A DNA stretch of 64,000 bases from Oscillospiraceae bacterium (GTDB lineage Bacteria; Bacillota; Clostridia; Oscillospirales; Acutalibacteraceae). Shown here in pieces: positions 54,385 to 63,983 of the stretch. The notes below the pieces were generated by a model. It saw nothing but the letters and a program-made list of their open reading frames with translations. It did not search any database and had not been told where the DNA came from. The stretch lies in the NCBI GenBank assembly GCA_015065685.1, contig SVPU01000008.1:6769-70768 (forward strand). The letters are read 5' to 3'. Position numbers and translations under genes: made by a program. The number at the start of each line of letters is the position of its first letter. Within the stretch, counting starts at the first letter, position 1.

Positions 54385-56116
54385 AGTTTTCAAGAATATA
54401 TTTGAACTGCCACTCAGATATCACATAAATTACATAATCAGGCTTTACTTGACTATAAATTTTACTGTCAAAAGTATATGTAAACATTGTTGAAAAATGT
54501 GAAATATTGCTACGGTCGGCAATAAGGTCATGAATTTGTGTTCCAAAAGAGTTACGCATTACCCAAACGTTTGGCAGGCTTGCATTACCCGTATTATATC
54601 TTTTCTCATTTTTCATTTCATCTGTATATGAATCGTATGTAACACAGTTTGAAAGTTTATATCTACTTATTCCCTGAATTACAGAAGATACGTTTGTTTG
54701 GAAATCACGACGTACACCATATTCAAGAACCTTTGTGCCGGGTTTTGTATCAACACCGAAGTAAGAAGGAATATCAGAACCAATATAATAATCTCTTGTC
54801 CATTTAAATTCATTCAACTTTCTTGGCGCGGCGCTCGGAAATTTGTTTGAAATATGCTTATATAACTCAACATAAGCAATATATGCGCCGTAATCGGTCC
54901 AGTGGGAATCATACTTATTATAAAGCGGTAAAGAATCGTTTTTATGTTCATTAAAGGTTTGACGCAAATCTAAAACAGTAGCACCTGCAGATTTCAAACA
55001 ATTAGCAACCTGGTCATAATAACTTGTTTTGTTGAGTTTGGTGTAATCACTCGGCACCGACTCTGGATATACGGTTATTGAACTCGGAACTAAAACACAA
55101 ACTATTTCTGCGCCACTGTTAACTTGCCTTAATTTTTGAATTCTATCAGAGAATTTTTGAGCGTATTTTTGTGAATTTGAAGATGTAATTTGCACTTCAT
55201 TTGTAAAATACTGAAGCATTTTATAGAAATAGCCTTGATTGTTATTACCAATCATCGGGCGCCATTCCGCATCATACGCATAGGGAGAACTTTGGAGTTT
55301 TATATCCTTCTTTATTTCGCCTACACATTTACCGTTATACCAAAGAGTGAACAGGCCCTTAGACTCTTTCATTGTGCTGATTCTCATGCCAAAACAACCA
55401 TTGGTTGAATTGACCGCATAACAACCGCGTTCATTCTGCAAAACAACGGCAAGACCTTTTGGACATTCGCCATAAAGTGCGGAATAACCATTATCAGAGC
55501 CGGCACTTGAAGCACCGTAAATCTTAAACTCGGTATCAGCGGCATTATATTTTTCGGATGTTTTTCTGGCGGTTGAATATTCACTGCCATAGGCTTGAGT
55601 GTATGTTATAGCCTCTGTTTTCTTGTGCGCACAAAGTTGACAAGTATATGTAACAACACCGTTTGAAGAAGCGGTTGGAGCCGCGGTTATGTCGCCATCG
55701 TTCCAAACGTGTTCTAATTCGGCTACCTCTTCACAGAAAAGGCATTTTGAAGAGCACTTGGTATTAGAAGTCATTGTCCATTTATTATAAGTATGGAAAT
55801 CGGCATCATGTGTACCTGCGGCGATATTATCATCCGACGGGGGCTTTATAACACCTGTTGAAGTGTCGGTAGAACTGATATTTGTGCTGCCTTTATCAGA
55901 TGAATTATTTGCACTTTGAGAATTATTTCCGCTTGCAGTATCGGTTGGGGTGTTCTCAACCCCACCGTTCTGCTCTGCCGAAGTGATTTCCGAAGAATTC
56001 TGAGCGGTAGATTCACCATCGGAATTCACGTTGTTTTTGTTACACGATACGGTTAAACATAACGAAATCACCAACAAAAAGCAAAGCGCGGTTTTAAAAA
56101 AGACTTTAAATTTCAT
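54383..56116 (-). CDS. lipoprotein with Ser/Thr/Asn linker, Cys-rich mini-domain and AlgJ/AlgX-like (DHHW-type) acyltransferase/esterase domain
   Basis: Start ATG 56116 (AAAGGAAAAG upstream). Lipobox LTVSC. CSSKCLFC...HVWNDGDIT...VTYTCQLC. Catalytic-type motifs YDSHWTDYGAYIAY and VMRNSFG. Confidence 0.75.
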   Translation of the reverse strand: MKFKVFFKTALCFLLVISLCLTVSCNKNNVNSDGESTAQNSSEITSAEQNGGVENTPTDTASGNNSQSANNSSDKGSTNISSTDTSTGVIKPPSDDNIAAGTHDADFHTYNKWTMTSNTKCSSKCLFCEEVAELEHVWNDGDITAAPTASSNGVVTYTCQLCAHKKTEAITYTQAYGSEYSTARKTSEKYNAADTEFKIYGASSAGSDNGYSALYGECPKGLAVVLQNERGCYAVNSTNGCFGMRISTMKESKGLFTLWYNGKCVGEIKKDIKLQSSPYAYDAEWRPMIGNNNQGYFYKMLQYFTNEVQITSSNSQKYAQKFSDRIQKLRQVNSGAEIVCVLVPSSITVYPESVPSDYTKLNKTSYYDQVANCLKSAGATVLDLRQTFNEHKNDSLPLYNKYDSHWTDYGAYIAYVELYKHISNKFPSAAPRKLNEFKWTRDYYIGSDIPSYFGVDTKPGTKVLEYGVRRDFQTNVSSVIQGISRYKLSNCVTYDSYTDEMKNEKRYNTGNASLPNVWVMRNSFGTQIHDLIADRSNISHFSTMFTYTFDSKIYSQVKPDYVIYVISEWQFKYILEN

Positions 56117-56135
56117 AACTCTTTTCCTTTCAAAA

Positions 56136-57353
56136 TTATTTAACATTGTCTAAAATATTGTTTTCGGTTAAGTTTTCGAAATTATAAACAAACAAAACAC
56201 GGTCACAGTTATACTCTTTAGCGTACTCTGTGACATTAGTATTATTGTTTGCAAGGTTGATAATCACAAGGTCAAAATGTTGCGCCAAAAAAGGAACTAA
56301 AGAATCTGCAAAAGAATCTTTCATAACAAGCAGTCTTTCTCTCTTTTCCCCGCTTTTTAGAAATACTGTTTGTTCATTATGTGTTCCGTCAAGAAAAGCG
56401 GCATATTTATTCTTTTCAGTTAAATACTCACGGTTAAGATAACCCGAAAAGGTTTTATAAGGCTTTTTAGCCTTTATCATTTTTCCGTTTTCATCTTTTT
56501 GTCTAACAACCGAATAACAAGTGGTTATAAAATCTTCTTGGTTGCCAAGACTCCAGATTTCTAAAATATCCGAGGGCACAAATTTCATACCCGCCTTTGA
56601 CCAAGTGGTACCATAAAAATCGGAAATTTGCTCTACCTTGAAAGAATCTTTCGGAATTATTTTTTCTTCCATTCCCCACTTTTTCATTATTTCGGTATAG
56701 GCAATGTATGCGCCTTCACTTGTCCAATGATGGTCGGTTTTATAATAAACATAATTTCCCTTTTCATTTTCTTTTTGGAAAATGGGTAATAAATCAATAT
56801 ATCCGCTTTCTTCACAAACACTCGATTTTATTTCTTCACTCAAAGAGATTCCGTTTTCGTTTGGATAAATTAAATCCTCACCTACAACATCAACCGTTCT
56901 TGGCGGGAAAAGTGTGATTAACGGCAGAGTTTCACTTTTTGCATATTCGTTAAACTTTTCCAAACTGTCTTTTAAATTTTCTGAATAATAAAAATCCGTT
57001 GAAGATGTTTTTTCAAAACGGTTTTTATATGTATCAAACAGTCTGACCGCCAATTGCTCGTTTTTACCCAAAAGCACACCGTTATTTTCTCCACAACCCA
57101 GAACAGAGGCTACCATTCCCTTAAGCCCCACAAATTCATCTCGTGCAACAAATTGGTCAGCAAAATAAACATTCATTTCCTTTGTGAAGGTGCCATCTGC
57201 AATATTGCCAAACTCAGTTTCGGGAAATGCCTGCAAAGAACGGTTTTCTTCGCTTGAAAACTCTTTATCGGGCATTAGAAAAAATGCAATAGAAAGTGCA
57301 AAAATCACTACTAAAAAGGAGGCGGTTGTAAAAATATTTATAAACTTTTTCAA
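56136..57353 (-). CDS. DHHW-family protein (AlgJ/PatB-like O-acetyltransferase), N-terminal membrane anchor
   Basis: TM anchor FTTASFLVVIFALSIAFFL. Motifs KTDHHWTSEGAYIAY and VMKDSFADSL. Confidence 0.8.
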   Translation of the reverse strand: MKKFINIFTTASFLVVIFALSIAFFLMPDKEFSSEENRSLQAFPETEFGNIADGTFTKEMNVYFADQFVARDEFVGLKGMVASVLGCGENNGVLLGKNEQLAVRLFDTYKNRFEKTSSTDFYYSENLKDSLEKFNEYAKSETLPLITLFPPRTVDVVGEDLIYPNENGISLSEEIKSSVCEESGYIDLLPIFQKENEKGNYVYYKTDHHWTSEGAYIAYTEIMKKWGMEEKIIPKDSFKVEQISDFYGTTWSKAGMKFVPSDILEIWSLGNQEDFITTCYSVVRQKDENGKMIKAKKPYKTFSGYLNREYLTEKNKYAAFLDGTHNEQTVFLKSGEKRERLLVMKDSFADSLVPFLAQHFDLVIINLANNNTNVTEYAKEYNCDRVLFVYNFENLTENNILDNVK

Positions 57354-57368
57354 AACCTTTCTCCCCCT

Positions 57369-58820
57369 TTAGAAATTAAAATATAAAAACGGACTAAAGG
57401 TTGAATCAACCATATAAGCAACACATATAACTAAGAGCAATATCCAAATGATTGCCGTGATTACTTGGAACAAACCGCCGAATATTTTTGTTATACCTTC
57501 GCTTTTGTTATTAAAAACAGCACAAAGTTTTGAATAAAGCATTTTTGGAAACGGTGTTGCCGCTATCGCTGCAATAGCCAAAAACGGCAAAGAAATTAAA
57601 AACTGATAATTTATAACGGCGGTAGAGAATGAATCCACACCTATGCCAAAAATGGCTTTAAATACATTTTTAATTTCTGATAAATCGGTGAATGCGAAGA
57701 TTATCCAACCGAAGCCTATTAAAAGCAATGCATAAATATGGCGGAAAACCTTGGGGATTTTTACAAGCAATTTCAAAATAAATGTTTTTTCGAGCATTAA
57801 AATCGCACCGAAATATGCACCCCAGAAAATAAAGTTCCAACTAGCGCCATGCCAGAAACCCGTAAGCAACCAAACCATTGCAATATTTCTGTATTGTTTT
57901 AAAAGTCCTTTTCTGTTGCCGCCAAGCGGTATATAAACATATTCCTTAAACCATGAACTCAGTGACATATGCCATCTGCGCCAGAATTCAGTGATACTTG
58001 CCGAAATGTAAGGGAAATTGAAATTCTCAAGAAAACGGAAGCCAAACATTTTGCCAAGACCTATTGCCATATCGGAATATCCCGAAAAATCAAAATAAAT
58101 ATGTAGCGTGTAGAAAATCATTACCATCCACGCCGCAAGAGTTGTGTTTTCAAACTCCATTGAAGAACGGCAATACTCGTAAATTGCTGCGGCGGTATCG
58201 CCTAATATGATTTTTTTAGAAAGACCGATAATAAACCTTTTAACGCCGTTTGTGAACAATTCAAGCGTTTCTTTGCGCTCAATTATCTGGTCATCAACAT
58301 CGCGGTAGCGAACAATAGGACCCGCAATCAGTTGTGGGAAAAGCGCAACATAGGTGCCAAAAGCAACAAAGTTTTTCTGCACCTGTGTTCTTTTCCAATA
58401 AAGGTCAATCGTGTATGAAATAATTTGGAACGTGTAAAAAGATATACCAATCGGCAAAACCAAATTCTTTATAAGCGGTGTGCCAGAAAAGACAGGTATG
58501 AGTCTTAAATTTTCAATAAAGAAATTACAGTATTTAAAGAAAAGCAGTGAAACAAGATTAAGACAAACCGACAAAATCATAAAGAATTTAGCCTTTTTCT
58601 TGTTACTGTCGCTATATTTTGCTATGAATAAACCGCATATATAAGCCTCTAATATTGATAACAGCATTAAACTGATATATACAGGCTCACCCCAAGCATA
58701 AAAGATAAGGCTCATCACAAAAAGAACAGTGTTTCTTATGCTTCTGCTTGGTGTTATGTAGTAAAGAATTAAGGTTAGCGGTAAAAACGCAAATAAGAAA
58801 ATAAGCGAAGAAAATACCAT
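57369..58820 (-). CDS. MBOAT-family membrane O-acyltransferase (AlgI/PatA/DltB-like)
   Basis: More than 10 TM segments. Signature FWRRWHMSLSSWFKEYVYIPLGGNR and a downstream FWHGASW. Confidence 0.9.
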   Translation of the reverse strand: MVFSSLIFLFAFLPLTLILYYITPSRSIRNTVLFVMSLIFYAWGEPVYISLMLLSILEAYICGLFIAKYSDSNKKKAKFFMILSVCLNLVSLLFFKYCNFFIENLRLIPVFSGTPLIKNLVLPIGISFYTFQIISYTIDLYWKRTQVQKNFVAFGTYVALFPQLIAGPIVRYRDVDDQIIERKETLELFTNGVKRFIIGLSKKIILGDTAAAIYEYCRSSMEFENTTLAAWMVMIFYTLHIYFDFSGYSDMAIGLGKMFGFRFLENFNFPYISASITEFWRRWHMSLSSWFKEYVYIPLGGNRKGLLKQYRNIAMVWLLTGFWHGASWNFIFWGAYFGAILMLEKTFILKLLVKIPKVFRHIYALLLIGFGWIIFAFTDLSEIKNVFKAIFGIGVDSFSTAVINYQFLISLPFLAIAAIAATPFPKMLYSKLCAVFNNKSEGITKIFGGLFQVITAIIWILLLVICVAYMVDSTFSPFLYFNF

Positions 58821-58821
58821 T

Positions 58822-59340
58822 TTATTTACCTAATTCGCTTTCGATATCCTTAACAATATCCGAGGAATCCTTGCCTACAGCGTAATAAACATAATTTGCC
58901 TTTTGCTTAATAACAGCCTTTTTGAGTGTTGCAACATCAATATCGGAATATGCAAGACCATCAGCAATTTTAGCATCAATTCGCGCCTTTATAAACTTCA
59001 TAAAGGTTTCGGCATATTCAGTATCTCCCATTTCAAAAATACCCACATCGGTTATGAGTTTGGGGTCAGATTCATCAACATAAACACAGTATTTTGAGAT
59101 TTTTGAAAAATCGGGATATTCGGTTGCATCACCGTAATACGAAATAATTAAATCTTCATCAAGATATTCGCCTAAATTTTGGGAAGATGAGGTGAAAACA
59201 AAACCGTTTTCCATTTTATAGTCTGCAACAATTTTTTCGATAAGTGCATCGGTATCAACATTTAAAGTTTTTTCACCGCACGAAGTGAAAAATGTCAAAG
59301 ATAAAACTATTAATAAAACAACTGCAACGATTCTTTTCAT
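58822..59340 (-). CDS. small lipoprotein (DUF4358-like) associated with the MBOAT module
   Basis: Start ATG 59340 (AAGGAGAG upstream). Lipobox FFTSC. It ends 1 nt before the MBOAT start. The family name is from memory of similar gene neighbourhoods. Confidence 0.6.
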   Translation of the reverse strand: MKRIVAVVLLIVLSLTFFTSCGEKTLNVDTDALIEKIVADYKMENGFVFTSSSQNLGEYLDEDLIISYYGDATEYPDFSKISKYCVYVDESDPKLITDVGIFEMGDTEYAETFMKFIKARIDAKIADGLAYSDIDVATLKKAVIKQKANYVYYAVGKDSSDIVKDIESELGK

Positions 59341-59428
59341 AATACTCTCCTTATGTTTAGATACATAAATTATACATTTCCTTAATATTTTTGTCAATAA
59401 TTTTCAAATTTGTGTTAATACATTACAA

Positions 59429-60280
59429 TCAGGATTTTTGCGCGCTCAAATATGTATTTCTATAAACAAGCGGACTTTTTCCGAATTTCATTCTAAAGCA
59501 TTTTATGAAATAAGAAACTGTGTTAAAACCGCACAAAAGAGCAATTTCGCCAACTGCCACATCGGTTTGAATAAGCATTAATTTTGCATAGAATAACCGC
59601 GTTTCCAAAATATACTGATTTGGCGTTTGTGAGAGTTCTTTTTTGAAAAGTTTAATAAAGTAATTCTTGTTTAAAGATAAATAATCGGCTATATCTCCAA
59701 CCGAAATATCTTTCGCATAGTTGCGGTTTATGTAATTACATGCCCTTTTCACATAAGAAGTATTATTGTATCCCATATCAACCGTTTCTCTGTTATGTTT
59801 ATAAGCATCGGATAAAACAAGCAATAGAAATTCGGTGACTGCTTTTTGCTGCATTTCTTCGTTTACGATATTTGGATACGAATACTTGCTCATAACCTTA
59901 TAAAGTTCAAGAATTTCTTCTTGATGTGTCGGAAAAAACACTTCAGGTATATCTTGGAAAATATCAAATTCGCACTTTTTCTGAAGCGGTGTTATATCGC
60001 TCCTGAAATATTTATCTTGCGATATTTTTTGTTCTTTACTGAAATCAAGCGTCAATATAAACATATTGTAATCGCCGCTGCCTATAACAACTTGTCCCGG
60101 CTTTCTGAAAACAAGACAGCCCTTTGAAATTTTGTGATAGCGTCCGTCTATGTACATATCACGTTCGCCATCCATATAAAAATCAAATTCATAATCTTTC
60201 ACATGTCTCCGAGCAGCATTTTGACCTTCCGCAATAAAACGGTAACACTGCAAAATATTAGGAACAGGAAATTGGGACAT
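59429..60280 (-). CDS. AraC-family transcriptional regulator (cupin plus double HTH)
   Basis: C-terminal ISVGDIADYLSLNKNYFIKLFKKELSQTPNQYI...IALLCGFNTVSYFIKCFRMKFGKSPLVYR. Confidence 0.88.
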   Translation of the reverse strand: MSQFPVPNILQCYRFIAEGQNAARRHVKDYEFDFYMDGERDMYIDGRYHKISKGCLVFRKPGQVVIGSGDYNMFILTLDFSKEQKISQDKYFRSDITPLQKKCEFDIFQDIPEVFFPTHQEEILELYKVMSKYSYPNIVNEEMQQKAVTEFLLLVLSDAYKHNRETVDMGYNNTSYVKRACNYINRNYAKDISVGDIADYLSLNKNYFIKLFKKELSQTPNQYILETRLFYAKLMLIQTDVAVGEIALLCGFNTVSYFIKCFRMKFGKSPLVYRNTYLSAQKS

Positions 60281-60441
60281 ATAATAACCCTCTTCGTGAT
60301 AATTTTTTATTTATATTACTATATTTGATTTGTTTTGTCAATAAAAGCGTATATTTTTACATTTTTGATGTATTTTATTTCTTTTACATTTTAAAAATAA
60401 ATGCTAATATATAAATACCACATAAAAATGGAGTGAATTTA

Positions 60442-61395
60442 ATGGAAAAACTGTTTTTAGCAGCCGATTCGGGCGGCTCAAAAACCATTTGGCGACTGAT
60501 AAACACAAATGGTAAAATCGTTTTTGAATGTTCGACCGATGGGTTAGGCGCAATAAAGGCAGGTTTATTGCCTATTAAAGAAACGGTTTTAGAAGCAAAA
60601 GAAAAAATAGATAAAGTCGGGAATCCCGAAGGTATATTCTTATCTCTTGGCGGACCGAATGTTGACGAGGTTATCAATGCATTAAACAACGCCTGGAACG
60701 GTGTTAAAATTCAAGTTGAACGTGAAAGTCGCGGAGATGCAATTTTATATGCCGCAAGTTTTTTAGGTTGCTCTGGCGTTGTTATGTGCGGCACTGGGAG
60801 TGTTGCCGTTGGTAACACCAAGAGTGGCAGATGTTACTGCGGCGGTTGGGGTCCCATTTACGGTGACGGTGGCTCAGGTGGCGGCTTAGGCACTGAAGCG
60901 CTCAAATTATATTTAAAACATTTTGATAATCTTGAAAATATCGGCAGTATTGCCCAAATTTTTTCATTTTTATCCGAAGGGTTAAATGTCAGTACTTTTG
61001 AAGGCAGAATGGCAATGAAAGACAGAGTTACCGCGCTCTCTCGCAAAGAAATTGCCGCACTTACACCAAAAATTTATAATTCAGCATTAAAAGGTGACAA
61101 AACCGCTCTCGAATTATATAAAAAATTTGCAAAAGAAATTGCTTTAATGGCTTATAATGTTTCTGACAATTCTGAAAATACCAAAGTTTTACTTTGCGGC
61201 GGTTTCTTTAATAACTCGCCTCTGCTTTTAAAACTCTGCGAACAGGAATTTGCAGGTTTAAGTAAAGGTAAGTTGTTTTATTCCCCAAAATTTGCCCCTA
61301 TTTTAGGTGCAGAACTTTCTGTACTCAAAAACTCATCGCTTGAAATAACCGATGAGATATTTAATAACATTTTTAAAAATGCAAAGGAGATATAA
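60442..61395 (+). CDS. BadF/BadG/BcrA/BcrD-type ATPase, probable GlcNAc/MurNAc kinase
   Basis: ATG 60442 with GGAGTG upstream. LAADSGGSKT phosphate-1 motif, and CGTGS and GGWG segments. It is adjacent to nanE and murQ. Confidence 0.75.
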   Translation: MEKLFLAADSGGSKTIWRLINTNGKIVFECSTDGLGAIKAGLLPIKETVLEAKEKIDKVGNPEGIFLSLGGPNVDEVINALNNAWNGVKIQVERESRGDAILYAASFLGCSGVVMCGTGSVAVGNTKSGRCYCGGWGPIYGDGGSGGGLGTEALKLYLKHFDNLENIGSIAQIFSFLSEGLNVSTFEGRMAMKDRVTALSRKEIAALTPKIYNSALKGDKTALELYKKFAKEIALMAYNVSDNSENTKVLLCGGFFNNSPLLLKLCEQEFAGLSKGKLFYSPKFAPILGAELSVLKNSSLEITDEIFNNIFKNAKEI

Positions 61396-61397
61396 AA

Positions 61398-62081
61398 ATG
61401 AATAACAAAATTATTGACAGTTTAAAAGGCGGACTTATTGTTTCGTGTCAGGCTTTGCAAGGAAATCCCTTGCGCGCTCCTACACATATGGCGGCAATGG
61501 CCCAGGCTGCAGAACTTGGTGGCGCTGTGGGTATCAGAGCAAACGGTGTGGAAGATATTACCGAAATCAAAAAGCGTGTTAATATTCCGATAATCGGCAT
61601 TAATAAAACTGCCGCAACTCCCGAATTTCCCTATATCACACCTTCTTTTGAACACGCGAAAGAAATTGCTGACCTTGGTGTTGAAATTATCGCCCTTGAT
61701 GCAACTTTAAGACCCCGTCCCGACGGTACCGACATTAACGAACTTATTTACAGAATAAAGAACGAATTAAATGTTTTGGTTATGGCCGATATTGCAACCT
61801 TTGAAGAGGGTGTTAATGCGGCAAAAGCGGGTGTAGACATTGTTGCCACCACTTTAAGCGGTTACACAACCTATTCTCCTATCACTGAGGGTCCCGATTT
61901 AGAACTTGTTACAAGACTCAAGGAAACTATTGATGTTCCGATTATTGCAGAAGGCCGCTATACCTCTCCCCAACTTTTAGCCGAGGGAATCAAAGCAGGT
62001 GCTCACGCGGTTGTTATTGGAAAATCGATTACAAATATTATGTTTAACACAAAAAGATTCATTACGGAGGCAGGTCTATGA
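61398..62081 (+). CDS. nanE: N-acetylmannosamine-6-phosphate 2-epimerase
   Basis: LKGGLIVSCQALQGNPL, IIGI.K, and an IAEGRY..P tail. Confidence 0.88.
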   Translation: MNNKIIDSLKGGLIVSCQALQGNPLRAPTHMAAMAQAAELGGAVGIRANGVEDITEIKKRVNIPIIGINKTAATPEFPYITPSFEHAKEIADLGVEIIALDATLRPRPDGTDINELIYRIKNELNVLVMADIATFEEGVNAAKAGVDIVATTLSGYTTYSPITEGPDLELVTRLKETIDVPIIAEGRYTSPQLLAEGIKAGAHAVVIGKSITNIMFNTKRFITEAGL

Positions 62082-62884
62082 ACACAGAAAACGTAAATAT
62101 AAACAGTATTGATATTGATAAAAAATCCACCGTTGAGATGATTTCAATCATCAACAACGAAGATAAAACCGTAGCATTGGCAGTTGAAAAGGCTATTCCT
62201 CAAATTGCAAAGGCGGTTGATGTTATTTCTGAGGGTCTTAAAAAAGACGGCAGACTTATATCCATCGGCGCAGGAACAAGCGGAAGACTCGCTATCCAGG
62301 ATGCCGCTGAATGCACCGTTACCTACGGTGTTCCCGAAGGTACTGTTTCTGCAATTATGGCGGGTGGAAGGGATGCCGTTTTTAAACCTTCTGAGAATGT
62401 TGAGGATAATTTTGATGGCGGTGCTGAGGAAATCGCAAAATTAAACGTTGGCCCGAACGACACTATTGTTGGAATCAGCGCCTCAGGAAATGCCCCTTAT
62501 GTTTGTGGTGCATTAACCCAGGCTAAAGCGCACGGTGCAAACACTGTTTCTCTGCTTTGTAACGAACACGGCAAAATTGCGGATTGTTCTGATATTGCAA
62601 TTTGCGTTCCCACAGGTGCAGAAGTTATTAACGGTTCAACCCGAATGAAAGCAGGAACCGCACAAAAAATGGTGCTTAATATGTTAAGCACCGCATCTAT
62701 GATAAAACTCGGCAAGGTTACAAGCAATTTTATGACCTGGATGACTCCCACCAACATAAAACTTGAAAAACGCGCGAGATTTATTGTTTCAAATCTTTGC
62801 AATGTTTCCGAAGAAGAAGCAGATGAGTTACTCACCGAAAATAATTATAATATTCAGGCTGTTGTTTCAAAATATAGAAAGTAG
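62078..62884 (+). CDS. murQ: N-acetylmuramic acid 6-phosphate etherase (SIS domain)
   Basis: GAGTSGRLAIQDA, GISASGN.PYV, GSTRMKAGTAQK. Confidence 0.88.
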   Translation: MNTENVNINSIDIDKKSTVEMISIINNEDKTVALAVEKAIPQIAKAVDVISEGLKKDGRLISIGAGTSGRLAIQDAAECTVTYGVPEGTVSAIMAGGRDAVFKPSENVEDNFDGGAEEIAKLNVGPNDTIVGISASGNAPYVCGALTQAKAHGANTVSLLCNEHGKIADCSDIAICVPTGAEVINGSTRMKAGTAQKMVLNMLSTASMIKLGKVTSNFMTWMTPTNIKLEKRARFIVSNLCNVSEEEADELLTENNYNIQAVVSKYRK

Positions 62885-63153
62885 GAATTAATATGAAACT
62901 CGATTTCACAAAATTCAACACGGACGCTTTGTTTTTGGTCCGCACACCCGATGTGTTCACAGAAGGTTATGCAGAAGAGGGCTTTAAGGATATGAAGGAA
63001 AACCTTCATTTTGATTTTGCATCTGTGCTTGAAGTTTAGAACTGTTTTGACGGTGTTGTCTGGAAGAGTGATAAATTCCCCCGAAGCAGTTATTGGCGCG
63101 GTGAAGAAAGAGACCCCTTTGAAGAATGCTTCCTCGCTGCAGATAAATACGAT

Positions 63154-63945
63154 ATGGCATTCTTGCCCGAGGCCGGTTGGATGCACGAACAATATATGTT
63201 AGACCACAAGGACGGTATGCTCACCTCATTTGAGGGCGGTGCCGAAACTATTGTTGAAGCATTTATTGAATACTTCGGCAAAAAAGGTTTAGTCGTCTTC
63301 CCTGCAACGAGTTGGAAACTCGGTTATCTTGTTGACAAAGACGGTAATTCACGCGACCCATCGCTTGGAAAAATTGAAGGCTTTACCGAATTCGGCAATC
63401 ATTTCGATGTTAAAACAACACCTTGCCACGGGCTCGGAATTATACCCGAAATTTTCAGAACATATCCCGGTGTTGTGCGTTCTATCTGCCCCACTTCATC
63501 AGTTTGCGCTTACGGTCCCGATGCCGCGGATTTCTGCTCAGGTCACGAAAAGGCAGAAACTCCGCTCAATTGGAATTCGCCTTGGGGAAAACTTTACGAT
63601 AGAAAGGCTAAAATCATATTTTTAGGCACCACAATGCGTTGCAACACATTTATGCACGTTCTTGAAGAATATGCCGGTGTGCCCAATATTTTAGCGCCTT
63701 ATATTTGGAAATACACCGTTACTGATTATAGCGGCAACACATATCCGATAGAATTCAGGCGACACGAACCCGAACACAACGCATATTATTTAAAAGTTCA
63801 GCAAGAACTTATAGATAACGGTGTTGCTAAAGAGGTTAAATTCGGCTCTGCAAACTGTCAATTGGTTGATGTTGTAAAAGAAACCAAATATATGCTAAAA
63901 CGGCTGAAAGAAGAGCCCACACTTTTCTGCCACGAATATAATTAA
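63154..63945 (+). CDS. AAC(3)-family N-acetyltransferase-like protein (minimal ORF; frame continues upstream to ATG 62893 through one TAG)
   Basis: GLGIIPEIFRTYPGVVRSICPTSSVCAYGPDA...SPWGKLYDRKAKIIFLGTTMRCNTFMHVLEEYAGVP follows the AAC(3) pattern (G.IPE.FR..PGV.RS.HP..S.AA.G...SP...L...LLLGV....NT..H..E). Confidence 0.7.
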   Translation: MAFLPEAGWMHEQYMLDHKDGMLTSFEGGAETIVEAFIEYFGKKGLVVFPATSWKLGYLVDKDGNSRDPSLGKIEGFTEFGNHFDVKTTPCHGLGIIPEIFRTYPGVVRSICPTSSVCAYGPDAADFCSGHEKAETPLNWNSPWGKLYDRKAKIIFLGTTMRCNTFMHVLEEYAGVPNILAPYIWKYTVTDYSGNTYPIEFRRHEPEHNAYYLKVQQELIDNGVAKEVKFGSANCQLVDVVKETKYMLKRLKEEPTLFCHEYN

Positions 63946-63950
63946 AACAA

Positions 63951-63983
63951 AAAAGAAGATTCACAAAAGTGAATCTTCTTTTC
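63951..63983 (+). terminator. intrinsic terminator
   Basis: aagaagattcac-aaaa-gtgaatcttctt, a 12-bp perfect stem, followed by ttc. Confidence 0.75.

Noticed and set aside
60281-60441. Direct repeats ttttacatttt (around 60354 and 60381) as AraC operator half-sites.
   Set aside because: The region is extremely AT-rich and the ~27-nt spacing does not fit the usual 21-nt AraC repeat phasing. Chance occurrence cannot be excluded.
63037-63039. Pyrrolysine or reassigned TAG as the explanation for the in-frame amber codon.
   Set aside because: No pyl genes or methylamine methyltransferases lie in the window. TAG terminates hisD, hisF and murQ normally. A pseudogene or a sequencing error is more parsimonious, so I kept it only as an option to test.
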